From Eledone cirrhosa (Eukaryota): a stretch of DNA of 64,000 nucleotides. The position numbers and the translations under genes were made by a program. Below the pieces are notes generated by a model, which had not been told where the DNA came from, made no database searches, and saw nothing but the letters and a program-made list of their open reading frames with translations. The stretch covers positions 259,656,001-259,720,000 of the forward strand of contig OZ024743.1 of assembly GCA_964016885.1 (NCBI GenBank), written 5' to 3'. Below, piece after piece: positions 12,021 through 25,999 of the stretch; within the stretch, counting starts at the first letter, position 1, and each line of letters opens with the position of its first letter.

Positions 12021-12091
12021 TCGCACCAACCGGAGGTATATGGTCTTTAAAGCGATGAAATACCAATGATGGTTGGAAGATCACTGATGAA
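12021..12091 (+). ncRNA. Candidate rewired (non-circularly permuted, K-turn-containing) hammerhead ribozyme, copy 1
   Basis: TCGC-A-CCAACC-GGA-GGTAT-A^-TGGTCTT-TAAA-GCGA-T-GAA-ATACC-AAT-GAT-GGTTGG-AAGATCA-CTGATGA-A. Stem III GGTAT/ATACC, stem I TGGTCTT/AAGATCA, predicted cleavage after A12040. Confidence 0.7.
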
Positions 12092-12655
12092 GGACTAACT
12101 TTATTCATATGTAACTCATTAGCAACCCCGGAGCACGTTTATTCTCATATTTACACATATTTTTTCCCCTGCTCTCACCCGTCTATTTCGTTATTACTGC
12201 TTCCTCTTTTTCTGTATCTTTACCCTCTCTAGCAGTCACTCTCTCTGTTAGCCTCTTCCTCACCCTTCACTCACTCATTCTCTGTTACTACCTCTCCTCC
12301 TCCTCCTTCTTCCCGTTTGACCTGTGCGTAATCCTTTTCTTTCGCACGCTTGGCCAGGCCGGTCGGCATTTTTTCTCTCTCTCGTCTACGATTTCACAGA
12401 ACTTATGTTTACCGAATTCACCGACTAGACCCCTTCTTCCTCCCGTTAGACCTGTGCGAAATTCCTTCCTTGCTCACATTTCAACCAGGTTCGATGGTCT
12501 TTATTCTCTCTCGTTCACGATTTCACCGAATTTAAATTCATAGAAATTTGGGACTTGACTCCTTCTTCCTCATTTGTCGTTGCTTCACCATTTTTGTTTG
12601 TTTACACTCGTGGCCCCTTTATTTACGTGTCCCAACGACTTTTTTTAGCCGTTGC

Positions 12656-12726
12656 TCGCACCAACCGGAGGTATATGGTCTTTAAAGCGATGAAATACCA
12701 ATGATGGTTGGAAGATCACTGATGAA
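12656..12726 (+). ncRNA. Candidate rewired hammerhead ribozyme, copy 2
   Basis: Identical to 12021-12091 at a +635 offset. Confidence 0.7.
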
Positions 12727-12738
12727 GGACTAACTTTA

Positions 12739-12772
<34 letters not shown>

Positions 12773-12777
<5 letters not shown>

Positions 12778-12845
12778 ATTGTTTCTACTTTTGGCACAAG
12801 GCCAGCAAACACTCAGTACATTACTGGTACTTTATTTTATCGACA
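12773..12845 (-). mobile_element. SINE 3' fragment
   Basis: TAATTGTTTCTACTTTTGGCACAAGGCCAGC...GGTACTTTATTTTATCGAC. Confidence 0.75.
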
Positions 12846-12895
12846 ATAGTAATAATAATAAATGTGAAGACTAAAATCCGAAGAGGCTCGATAAG

Positions 12896-12958
<63 letters not shown>

Positions 12959-13001
12959 TATAAAACAAAAGAGCAAATATATATGTGTGTGTGTGTATAA
13001 T

Positions 13002-13068
<67 letters not shown>

Positions 13069-13180
13069 GAGAGGTATAGAGATTGTTTTAGCGAGAAGCT
13101 AATAGTATTATATAACATATATGCGACTATAACGTCAAGATGGGAAAAGTAGTTAACGTAAGATTTAGGAAAAATAATTC

Positions 13181-13526
13181 AAACTCATCTCAAAAGAGAA
13201 TCAGGATATAAATTCATCCACAGAATTTAGTGAAACCCAGGGAAAAATCAATAGACCTTTAACTCATGATAAAATAAAGTTTAAAACACTTATCTTTCAA
13301 TTTGGAATAACATCAAATGCTCTGTATAGTCTTAAAAGACTATTTCATGAAAACTTTCAGTGGAGATGGTCACGGTTGGATTTCAATCGTCAGCAGAGCT
13401 CAACAGAAACCATGGCTCTCACAGTATTATAATCCGAAAAAGGGAATTCTAAAACTGGCTAGTTCACCATCATGTGTAATTATGAAAAAGCACATGAGGA
13501 AAAACTCATCTCAAAAGAGAATCAGG

Positions 13527-13530
<4 letters not shown>
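13181..13530. repeat. ~321 bp unit with short direct terminal repeat next to (TA)n
   Basis: AAACTCATCTCAAAAGAGAATCAGGATATA at 13181 and 13502. Confidence 0.55.
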
Positions 13531-13558
<28 letters not shown>

Positions 13559-13575
13559 TATATATCTTATATATG

Positions 13576-13635
<60 letters not shown>

Positions 13636-13666
13636 CGTACATACATATATATAAGATATATAATAC

Positions 13667-13763
<97 letters not shown>

Positions 13764-13960
13764 TATTATGTGTGTGAATATGCATCTCTGTGTCATAAAG
13801 CATATACTTGAGACATGCATTTAATAGTGTATATAATAGCTTTACTTAGAGGGAAATAATATTTGAAGACAATGATGAAAAGAATTCCACTTTAATATAT
13901 ATTCATTACAGTCATGTGTATATGTCATAGTTTTAGTATATATATATGTATATATATATG

Positions 13961-14052
<92 letters not shown>

Positions 14053-14140
14053 GTAAAAATTTGAACAGGGACAAAACAGAGAGGCAGTACAATAAATGTT
14101 TATTAATTTCACGCTCAGGAGAGTGGGGGGTAAGTGGGGG

Positions 14141-14173
14141 ACGACGTTTCGGGCATAAGCCCTTCCTCAGGTG
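14141..14173 (-). ncRNA. Minimal PLE-type hammerhead in a short (TA)n-flanked insert (~14050-14228)
   Basis: Minus strand AC-CTGAGGA-A-GGGC-TTAT-GCCC-GAAAC-GTC-GT. Palindromic ACGT stem III; stem I only 2 bp. Confidence 0.7.
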
Positions 14174-14457
14174 AGAAGTGTGTGGGAACAGAGTTCAAAA
14201 GGTGTGTAGGGGAGTGGTGGAGAGTATTTATATATATATATATATATATTTATACATTGCACTTCAATGTATATGTCATCTATAAGCATCTTGAAAAAAC
14301 CTTTTACTAATTTCTTTCTCTAGAATTAAAATTAAATTGTCATGTATCTAATTTATTCATTTGTGTTATGCATTAAAGGAAAAATTATAGATATAAATGT
14401 GAGTGCATATATATATGTATCTATATATGTATGTAAGTATATATATATATACATGCG

Positions 14458-14592
<135 letters not shown>

Positions 14593-14711
14593 GCGATGGC
14601 TGCAAATTCTGCTAAGAGTATTGCTATCGCTTGTCAGATTACAGAAAATGGTGCACTTTTAGGCTACGGCCAACCACACGAACGGGTAACAGATTCTGAT
14701 CAAGCAATGCC

Positions 14712-14809
<98 letters not shown>

Positions 14810-15198
14810 TGCGTGTGTGCGTGTGTGTGTGTTTATAAGTGCAAATTTACAAACAAGAGCAAGAATTACTCAATGAAGTAGTGTAGTATAATTATTATTC
14901 TATAGCAGATGTTGTTTATGTTAGTTTTTAAATTCGCGTGTAACATCGTTGATCGTGGGAATGTAAACCGAATTGGAAACTACTGAATTCATTACGAATA
15001 TGATAGGAATAGTTAGTGATTGGACTAGACTCTAATAAGTATTTATTGAAAAAATAATTCCATAAGAGATATATCTCCAGAAACAATAGTAAAAAGGAAG
15101 GAATCAACACAAAAAGTAAGTTCGAATAAAAATAAATGTATTTATAAACATTAAGATCGATGAATATAAACCTAAGTAAATATATATATATTCTGAAA

Positions 15199-15244
<46 letters not shown>

Positions 15245-15431
15245 TTTCAGAAAATCCCTTTTAAGGATGAAAGCAGTGATTCTTTGCTTAAACTTTAATC
15301 TATTAATCTGTTATTTTAATAAATATTTGCTCTACGATTTTCTATATTTTATATAGAGCCCCCTTTGGATTTTAGTCTTCACATTTGTTATTATTACTAT
15401 TATTATTATTATTATTAATACATATATATAT

Positions 15432-15637
15432 AACGAACGAAGTGTGGTAAGGAACTAGATGGACCATAACGCACCAGAGTACTCAATACTTAGGGTAGTA
15501 GCGTGGGTAATAGGAAAATGTTTAACCCCGACGCAGAGCTCAAGCCGTTTTTACGGCTATTTCTGAACTCTTCTATGCGTCCAGAAATAGCCGTCGAAAC
15601 GGCTTGAGCTCTGCCGTCGAGATTAAACATTTTCCTA

Positions 15638-15638
<1 letters not shown>
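15432..15638 (-). mobile_element. Short PLE 3'-end fragment with terminal inversion
   Basis: Same sequence and hairpin geometry as 678-880. Confidence 0.8.
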
Positions 15639-15683
<45 letters not shown>

Positions 15684-16720
15684 TTAATATCCAGTGTTGG
15701 TCTATCCAAGCAATCAACTATCTAATTTGTTATCAAATATAAGCACAACAGTTCTTGGGTATCATTAGGTATTGCGTGTATGGTATCAGACGGAGTATTA
15801 TTAAAATATTAAAATATTAAAAAAGAGGCGGTTTCAAATATCCAACTCTCGTCTGTTATGTACATTTCGAATGCATCAAAATGTTATTATGTAACATATA
15901 TCAAATGCGTTGTTATCAGAAAGGTTTTTAAATGTAAATAATGTTTTATCTTTGTTTTTGGTTTTTGATATGCCTGCCCTCGAAGGAATGTTGTCCATGT
16001 ATAAGTGTATGTATTCAAGAATACTTAATTAGTCGGAATGAATTATCTGCTTAATATTTCGCCCGCTTATCTAGGTCGATTTAGATTTATTTTCTAAACT
16101 TCAGATATTCTTACTATTATTTTCTTCTTTTCCTCTATAATTGGACGGAAAATAAGTTGCATTCCATTCAATTCTGATACGCTGGACACAAGACACTATA
16201 GGTATGCTCACTATATGTGTTGTTTTTGTAGCACATGTTCGCCTGGACCCGCACATTAGCCATACTAATGCATTTACAACAAAGAACAGTTGCAACACAC
16301 AACACCTCACACCACAAAACAAATATTGATGAGAAAGCTTTTACGGGAAAACATATATATTATACAGAATTCCTATCAGAAATATGCGTTTAATCATGGA
16401 AGCGATACTTAAAATCGCAATACAATACCAACATTAATACATAAAACAGTTCAATATTAACCACAAAAAAATATATACATGCCACGAACACATGAATTAT
16501 GACATAAATCTAAAAGGCAAGCCAGAACTATACATAAAGTATATCTACCTACAATAAGATGTATATATATGTGTGTGTGTGTGAGTGTGTTTGTGTGCGT
16601 GTATGTTCTCAGATGATTGATGTGATAGACGTGACTCATGCATCGATCTGATCCTCAGAGATGTGGACATTTAAACACACACAAATACACACGTGCACAC
16701 ATACTCACACAAACACACAT

Positions 16721-16766
<46 letters not shown>

Positions 16767-16925
16767 ACACATACACACACACACACATACATATCTATAT
16801 GTTTTATTATAACTATGTGGTGAGTCTTCTTACTCTGGAATTTTACCTATGCACTTAGCCATAATAAAAAGTATTTAAACTCTACTTCAGTATTGCGTAC
16901 TCATTCTCACGTCCATCAATAACAC

Positions 16926-17828
<903 letters not shown>

Positions 17829-18994
17829 ATATATATATATATATGCGTGTGTGTGTCTGTGTGTATATATGTGTGTGTGTGTGTTCATTGCATGCTAACA
17901 CATCTGGGCAGAAACTCTTTATATTCTACTGTCCTAAGGAAGTACGTAGACCAACGTTTTCACCTTCCGTTAATGTCTTCAGTAATTCAAATGAAATTAA
18001 CCAGTTATTTTTATCGACAAGAGTAACTAACATTTCTATTAGATTGCTGTCTGCCAGGCAAAATATATTCAGCAATCGATTGAAGTGATTCATTCTTTCG
18101 GGCATTATTTTGAAGCACTTTCTTTGAATATAGATTAAAGAGATCAAGATACATTGACCGAATTGTATAAAAAAAGACCATTATTTCTTCATTTATAAAG
18201 TTCAACTTTTGTATTTATCAAGTGTAAATAATGGTATCTCGACCAGCATGATTTGTCTTCAATGCTGAAAAGCTGCCATTGTTTTATAAGATTCATTATA
18301 ATAGGTATATTTTTCTTCTCATAACGTGTTATCCCTTTTTATTAACAATTCATTCATCTAGCTGGTTAAATGAAATGTATTTCAGAGGTTCAGTCGTTAT
18401 GCTTCACTGAATTTGAAATGCGCTCTAGCTTTCCAGTTTCAATCATTTCACAAACTTTATACATATATTACACCCCAGGGAGGCACATACGCTCCAGAAT
18501 CTGGGGAGTGTTGAAGATATCTATTAACCGGAATTTGAAGATAATAAATTCCTTGCAATATACCAGGGATTTGCCGGTTGCAAGCTATTGGTACTCAGCA
18601 AACGGTTGACGCGTAGTTCACAAATGAATGTGATAGCAAGTTTGGATAATAAGTCTATTGAAATTCCCGTATTTGTAGAATACCAAGCCTGAGAATTCTA
18701 TGATTGTCGTGTATAGTACGAACAAACCCCGTAGTCTCCTGGAGTTGTATTTTCGCATTTTGGAACGTAGTTTCGTGGTAAGATAAGCAAGTAACATTGG
18801 GAAGACAAAATATCAACTCTTCTTTGTAATTACAAGCGCTTTCCTGTTCTACAGAATATTTGTATCAATAATAAAGTGTTTTGTTGGAGTGTTGATGCAA
18901 TAAGAATTTTAGTAGATAAAAACCTAAAGATCTTAGTTGTTAATAACAAAGCAGAACGTATTTAGGCTAACATGTCTGCTTGGTATTGATTGCA

Positions 18995-19540
18995 CCAGCA
19001 AACTATATTTGTTACTTTTACTGGCTTCAATCATTGGATTGCGGCCATGCTGGAATATGTGTATACATAGCAAGATTGTTGTCAGCTAACCATATATTTG
19101 TAACTATGAAATATAATGTTACAAGTAATATTATCAACAATAGTTGTGCAGTGTATATTTTTCTTTTTCTAGAATATAAATCTTAGTTCAGATAATACAT
19201 ATCTTAGTTGTGATAATAGAGATCTTAGTTGTGATAATGGAGATCTCAGTTGTAGATAATACATATAGATATCTATGATGTGATAATACATATCTTACTT
19301 GAGATAATACATATCTTAGTTGTCATAATACAGATCTTCGTTATGATAATAATTACTCATGTCGCAAGCAAAGTATATTCTATTTTTTGACTGGTTTCAC
19401 TCACTAGACTGCGGCCATGCTGGAATTTATGTAATCATAGCAAAATTATCATCAGTTAAGCGGGTGTTTGTAACAAAAATATCATATAATATAACTGGGT
19501 AATATTATTAATTATATTTGTGTATTGCTTATCTATTTCT
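18995..19540. repeat. Diverged ~370 bp direct duplication enclosing a ~20 bp minisatellite (19180-19350)
   Basis: GCAAA(C/G)TATATT...TGCGGCCATGCTGGAAT...CATAGCAA occurs twice. ATATCTTAGTTGTGATAATAC-like units lie between. Confidence 0.65.
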
Positions 19541-20164
19541 CTACAAAACCTTTACATCGTTTCCTCACTATAATGACAACAGCTGGCGGCAAAAATAAGA
19601 CGTAATTATTATTTTTTAAACCACACACGAGACAGTTAATTAAGTTTATAATTAGTTTTCATATACAATCTTGTAACATTTCAAATATTTTACATTGGCA
19701 GAAAATTTAAAAAAGTTATAATAAAAATTAAGACAAATTGATATGTAAATATATAGCATTCTCACTTGTTGATTGGCTGAAAGATGGGTGGTGGCCGGGT
19801 TTTTGGTGGCGGTGTTGATGATGGATGTGGGTTGGTAGTAGTGATAGTGATGGCTTGTGGTGGTGGTGGTGGTGATGATGATGGTAGTAGTGGTGGTATT
19901 GGTTTAGCGGTGTCGTTGGCTATATTATAGTAGTGGTGCATGTGTGGTGGTAGTGGTGTCTTTGTGGTGATGATGTTGGTAGTGTCTGTATGGTGGTGGT
20001 TGTTATGGTGGTGCTGGCAGCTATGTGGTGGATATTTGGATGTTGCAACTGTATTAAGATGCTCGATTGCAGATTGACTGTGACATGTTTTATATCCCAT
20101 TTTATATCCCCTCATTATCATTGACTTGTTTCCATAACACATCACAAACACCTTTGGTTACTCT

Positions 20165-20450
20165 AATCTATATTATAAGAGTGTTGTTTGTCCGTCCGTC
20201 CGCCCCTCCGTCCATCACACTCACCTTTTATAGAGAGGGCAGCGCCTTGCTTGAGATATGTACATATATAGAGGGCGAAAAGGGAACGCCGAGTGTTTTA
20301 GACGTGACAGAAAAAGGTAGATAGAGAGAGTTATGACTTTACCCTCATCTATATATAGAGGGAAGGTGAGCGCCAAGCGAAAGAGATGTACATAGACAGA
20401 AATAGAAAAGGAACGTCATTTTTTTAAAATACAGAAGGGAGAGAGAGTGG

Positions 20451-20513
<63 letters not shown>

Positions 20514-21165
20514 AGAAAGAGGGAGAAAATGACGTCGCTCTCATCTAGTTTTGATAAAAGACACTGCCTATGGTTTAAGTCCATTTGAAAATATTCAAGA
20601 TGTTGGAAGAATTTAGTAATAAATCTATTTTTATTAAGATTGTGTTTGGAACATAAAATTATGATGGAAGATTTTTAGATAAATACAAACATTTTGAACT
20701 AGATAACATTTTTATTGTAGAAGCTGGAAGTGGGTGTCATAGTGATTTGGTATTAACACGTCTAATCTCGCTTGCTCACTTGTTTGAAGATGCTGTTTAA
20801 ATATTATATTGTAGCCATGCGCGTATTTTAACATGTGCCATGGTGGATTTACACCAACAATTTCTATCATCACCATAGCAAAGTAGATTTAATACGAATA
20901 AACTTATAGAAGGTATACCGATTTACTAAAAAGGTGTAATATTTATATCATTAAATATGATTAAGTACAAAGCTAATAAAAGTCACTTGAGAATGGGACA
21001 ATTGATAAAATGAGCTCTTATTTACTAGTTCGAAAGTCAAAGGTTAAGAAAGTCAAATGTTGAGAGAAATTACAATTTGACAGTTAACTGTAAACAAAAC
21101 CCAACCACTATAATATGTAGCAAACCTCATACCACGGGAACGTTTGGTGGATCAAAACTATATTC
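20165..21165 (+). mobile_element. Possible non-autonomous Helitron-like element
   Basis: 5' TCTATATTATAA...GTTTGTCCGTCCGTCC resembles non-autonomous Helitron starts. Weak 3' hairpin CCAC..GTGG followed by CTA near 21160. Boundaries uncertain. Confidence 0.3.
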
Positions 21166-21199
21166 AAATCATGCAACACCTTATTGAAATTCTTACACT

Positions 21200-21381
21200 A
21201 ATAACTGTTTCTACTTTTGGCACAAGGCCAGCAATTACTCAGTGCATTACTGGTACTTTATTTTATCGACCCCGTAAGGATGAAAGGCAAAGTTAACCTC
21301 GGCGGGATTTGAACTCAGACCATAAAGGTCCATAACTCTATGCTGCAAAGTATGTTGTCCGACCCTCTACTGATACTGCCA
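21200..21381 (-). mobile_element. tRNA-derived SINE (family of 46938)
   Basis: Near full-length match including core and tail. Confidence 0.88.
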
Positions 21382-21424
21382 GATGGCTAATATGTAGTTA
21401 TATATATGTGTGAACCAACAACTC

Positions 21425-21560
21425 CTGGTGTTTCTTGGGCATTTTAAGCCTGGCGGACCCATCACTTTCCCAAGCGGATAACAGTTGATTTCTTCCAGAG
21501 AAAGAGAGAGAGACAAAGAGAGAGAGAGAGAAAGTTAGAGAGAGAGAGAGAGAGAGAGAG

Positions 21561-21629
<69 letters not shown>

Positions 21630-21785
21630 AAGTAAGAAAGAGACATAGAGGAAGAATTGACTTAGACTGGCACCTTTTTGATCGGCCTAGAAAGGATGAA
21701 AGGCAAAAATGACTTAAGAGAGGTGGAACGAATATTGCAAAGCATTCTATCCGACGCTCTGAGGGCTCTGCCAATTCACCGTATA
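21425..21785 (-). mobile_element. Older SINE: same head/core, (CT)n middle, different tail
   Basis: GGATGAAAGGCAAA core and CTCTGCCAATTCACCG head on one side of (GA)n, GGCATTTTAAGCCTGGCGGA..CCCATC tail on the other. Relatives at ~24870-25100, 25453-25745, 41669-41800, 45440-45735 and 48015-48250. Confidence 0.65.
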
Positions 21786-21819
21786 GTCTCTCGTTATAGT
21801 AGCGAAATATATTTTTCGA

Positions 21820-22115
21820 AGTATATCGGTCCTGGAGGAGATGGGAACAGAGAGGCAGATAGTCGCGACCGTAAGAAAGCGAACGCTACAATAATTTGGC
21901 CATGCCATCAGTTAGAAGCAGTTCGTAGGTTAAGCACTCAATGCTGCTACAATGGTCCGACTCAGAGGCCAATGAAGGACACGCTGACGTGATGATATCA
22001 GAACATGGACGGGAAGACAGCTAATGGAGCACATGGTCGTGGGGAGGGAGAGGAACTAGTGGAGGGCATTGCTGCAATTGTTTATGCTCCCTGATCCTCA
22101 GTAATGAAGATGCAA
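21820..22115 (+). mobile_element. RTE-clade LINE 3' remnant
   Basis: Translates with stops and deletions to VLEEMGTERQIVATVRKRTLQ*FGHAI...RG..RTR*RDDIRTWTG...R.R.*WR, the typical RTE C-terminal pattern. Confidence 0.7.
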
Positions 22116-22662
22116 AATGAAGTTTATATTGTAAACTGATATGAAATATATATTAGGAAGAATATCTTGTAGACTGGGTAAGTATATTTTCATATAATGC
22201 AATTATTTTCTTTCTGTTAACTATCACAGCTGCTGCCACAAACTAGAAAGTCGTCATGTGTTTATTTTAGTCGTATTTCGCTTGTTCGGAAAAATACATA
22301 GTATCTGTGTGTGTGTGTGGGGGGGGGGGGGGGGGGGGGGTCAAAGTTAAATGTAGAACTTCCTTCAGTTAACTACCATTATTTTTGCTGGTTCATGTCA
22401 CGCATCTGTTTGGCTTTAAAGACTTTATTAAATTCGTGTCAGCATGAAACTGTGAATGCTAACAATATTTTCTAAAAAAAACAAATGAACAAGTGATGCG
22501 AATTATATATGTACAGAGAGACAAAAAATTCGATTTTCAAATACAATAATTTCCTTCTGTTCATTGTTCTGTCGATTTAGTAAAGCAAGAGGAAACATCT
22601 TCACTGCTGCTCCTACTGTTTATTACATACATATACACAACACACATATACAGACGTACATT

Positions 22663-22695
<33 letters not shown>

Positions 22696-22762
22696 TTATA
22701 TATTTATATATATCCCCCTCTCTCTTTATCTCTCTCCCTCTTTCTCTCCCTCTCTCTCCCCC

Positions 22763-22809
<47 letters not shown>

Positions 22810-23041
22810 TATTGAGAGAAAGAAAGAGAGAGAGAAATAGAAGAAACAGGAGCTGTGTAGTTGCTGGAAAAGGTGTTAAACCGTTCGTGCTTTCCTCTTA
22901 TATATATATATGTACATCAATACTCATCTTTTTCCGAGGGTTCTAAACCCCATTATCAGACTAAAATTTCTTTAGTCAAAAAAATACGGTGAAAGCTATT
23001 CTATTTCTAATTTCAAAACCTGCTCACTGTTTCAAAACATA

Positions 23042-23078
<37 letters not shown>

Positions 23079-23740
23079 TGTATATATATTTCGTTTTTGA
23101 ATTTGTTTTGCAAGATTTCTTCTCTGAAAACGTGTAGGGAAACAGATATTGTTATGCATTGGGAGAGGTTGCAATAAAAACACATGCACCTGTTGGTTTT
23201 CACTTCAATTTATTACAAACTTCCGATTGGTTGGTTCAATAGCCGGATGGTTGTTTATAAATGGTCAAAGATCTTTCGTCACACATTCTGTGACCACCTC
23301 AATAACTGATTTCTTAATTTGTGCCTCTCGTTTCTTTTGTCTTACGCCATCTTGTTTCAAGATAGTGTAGGGCAGTTTCAATGTGTTTGTATACATATTC
23401 CTCTAGATTTTATAATAACATAATTGAGTTCTGTCGCCATATCTATACTTTATGAAACTGATTTTGAAGAGAGTCCACTCTGCGAACGTCACCCAGAGTT
23501 AAGGTGAGTTAAATCTGGTGACTTATTAAATCTACCAGCTAAGCAGAGTACGACGAATTGATGGCTTAAACATATTCAAGATATTCTCTCCGAAACTCTA
23601 ATGACTGGCAGTCTCCCGCAGCTAACAACAGTTAGTCTAGACGGTTAAAAGGCAAAGTTGATCGATCTCGGAGGTATATGAACCAAGAAATCAGAAAGCT
23701 GTAATAAATAACATACGGCATTACTTGCGATGATCTAACA

Positions 23741-23780
23741 CAGGTATGGGCAACCTTTTTCGAGAAGCAGGCCGCATGAG
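23741..23780 (+). mobile_element. hAT-type MITE terminal fragment
   Basis: CAGGTATGGGCAACCTTTTT...GGCCGCATG resembles hAT/Charlie-type termini. No partner end found. Confidence 0.4.
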
Positions 23781-24380
23781 ATATGTGTTAGATTCTAACA
23801 CATTCTTTGTCCCTGTTTAGGCCTCTGTTTCTGTGAATAAACTAGCCATGTATTAGAAGGTGTAACCATTATCGTGTGGAAAATGGTAACTAACCGATCC
23901 GAAATATGCAGATCGATAAATTACGCAGTAGAATGGAATAAGCCTTGAGGTCCGTGTAATCAACTAAACTATTAAAGGCGGTGCCCCGGAAAGTCTACAC
24001 TTCAAATGATTGAAACCAATAGAGAGGAAGAAAATAAATATACTATATGAGAGGGGATTACATTTGATTAATTGATTCTAAGCACGAGAAGAAAATAAGC
24101 ATTTCTTACTTGTCTGAAGTACTAATATTGTCAACGCCACTGTTAACTTACACATTTTTTGAAAGGAAATGTGGAAGAAAGGTAATAACCTATTTCATTC
24201 ATTTAATCACGTAAAACTTTACAGTAATAATTAAGTAGATCAACATGCTAGTCTAGCCAACCTAAAAATATCTCATTCAATGCCTTCAGTTAATAGATTA
24301 GATATCTCGGCTCTGTGAATGCTCTACTTTGAGCAGTCACATCTAAATGGGATTATTTTTAGTTTTGGATTATTTTAAGA

Positions 24381-24600
24381 GCAGTGGATTGGCAGTATCT
24401 GTAGAGCGTCGGATACTAGGCTTCCTGGCGTAGAGTTATGTCCTTTTACGCTCTGAGTTCAAATCCCGCTGAGGTTAGCTTTGTTTTCATTCTTACGGGG
24501 TCGATAAAATAAAGTACCAATCACGCACTGGGTCAATATAATCGACTATCTCCCCCCCCCCCCCCCTCCTCCAAAGCATATTGTTTGCCTAAATAAAAAA
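24381..24600 (+). mobile_element. tRNA-derived SINE
   Basis: GTGGATTGGCAGTATC..CTGAGTTCAAATCCCGC..GGGGTCGATAAAATAAAGTACCA. Confidence 0.85.
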
Positions 24601-25136
24601 AACATTATCTTAAGTTTGGTGGGAAACGGAAATGAATCTCACGAAACTTTTATTAATGAATAAATAAATAAAAATAGTCTTATAAAGAAACATTTAATAG
24701 ATATACGCCTTTTATAACTTCTTGAAATAGGAAAATAAGAAGTATTTAATGGGTTTTCTTATGTTTACTGCTATTGCAGACTGCCCATCCACTAGACAAA
24801 ATATTACTATATTAATACATCCATCCAAAGACCTGCAACTTCCGAAGGAGTCGTAGGTGAACCGTTGTGAAAAGTGGTGTGTCTTAGAAATTAAAACCTG
24901 GCGGTGCCCATCCCTCTCCACGCCAGAGCACAGTTGATTTCATTCCAGGGAAAGAGAGCGAGAGAGGGGGTGGGAGGTGAGAGAGAAAGTGAGAGCAAGA
25001 TAGAAAAAAGATCGACCGCTATTGATCATGAAAGGATGAAAGGCAAAGTTTCAGCAGAACTCCGGAACAAATATGCCAAGCTTTCTATCCGAAATAATAA
25101 CGATTGTCGCACTCTTGCACGTATTATAGCAATGAA

Positions 25137-25286
25137 AGCGATGCTTTCCAGCATAGTTACGTCCCTTTACGGTCTGAGTTCAAATCCCGCCGAGGTTAAC
25201 TTTGCCTTTCATCCTTACGGGGTCGATAAAATAAAGTATCAGTAATGTACTGGGTAATTGGTGACCTTGTGCCAAAAGTAGAAACA
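25137..25286 (+). mobile_element. 5'-truncated SINE with 14 bp TSD
   Basis: ATTATAGCAATGAA at 25123-25136 and 25287-25300, flanking B-box, core and tail. Confidence 0.88.
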
Positions 25287-25999
25287 ATTATAGCAATGAA
25301 CACTCCACATATCTGAGTCACAAAAGAATTCCAAAAGTCACTTTCCTAGAAACATAGAATATGTGAAATATACAATCAATATTTATCATAGACCACATTG
25401 AGATACAATGTGGGTAAGTGGTCTCTGAAGATCTGTCTGTAATACTATCCTATGGACCCGCAAATCCTGATGGAGTCATAAGGGCACCGTATTGACATAC
25501 AGTGGTTCTTTGGCATTTATTAAACCTGGCGGAGCCCATCTCCTCTCTAGGTTTGTACAGAGATAATTTCCTCCAGAGAAGAAGATATATAATGGAGAGG
25601 AAGTTAGATAGAGGAAACATCGATCACAAAAGATGGAAGGCAATGTGTACGATGGCGAGATTTGAACTCAGAGAGCAGTGAGCCAGAACTATTATCGCAA
25701 ATCATTCTATCCAAAGTCCTAACGACTCGGCCAATTCGCCACCATTTTGCAAATAGCACATAAATAAAACTACAACTATATAAGTCATGAAATAGATGTA
25801 CTCTAATACGAGTACATTGTTATTTGTAGCCAAAACTATTCACGTACTCAAAAGGGAGAAATGTCTAAACTAGATGTCTATCTTTTATTCTTTCGCGTGT
25901 TTCATTCACTTCACTGTGTCCATAGTTATTTTATCAACTTCAGTTTATGTTGTCAAGCTACTAATTTATGGAACATAGACACTAACAAAAACATAGATA

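Larger units (their letters stand above)
11826..12743 (+). mobile_element. Non-coding retrozyme-like element, 635 bp monomer present as ~1.4-mer
   Basis: 11826-12108 is repeated almost identically at 12461-12743. (TA)n on both sides and no ORF. Each repeat holds the rewired hammerhead motif. Confidence 0.8.

Noticed and set aside
12026-12076. Twister ribozyme or standard type II hammerhead reading of the four-copy motif
   Set aside because: No P4/T1 pairing for twister. The type II stem III (ACCA/TGGT) is not followed by a valid UH and is not conserved in copies 3 and 4.
13340-13400. Minus-strand CTGACGA...GAAA in the 321 bp unit
   Set aside because: Stems I and III do not pair, too weak to call a hammerhead.
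17900-18900. Non-repetitive stretch with short ORFs (also 45950-46900 and 47180-47390) as host exons
   Set aside because: No recognisable protein motif or consistent splice structure by eye; a homology search would be needed.
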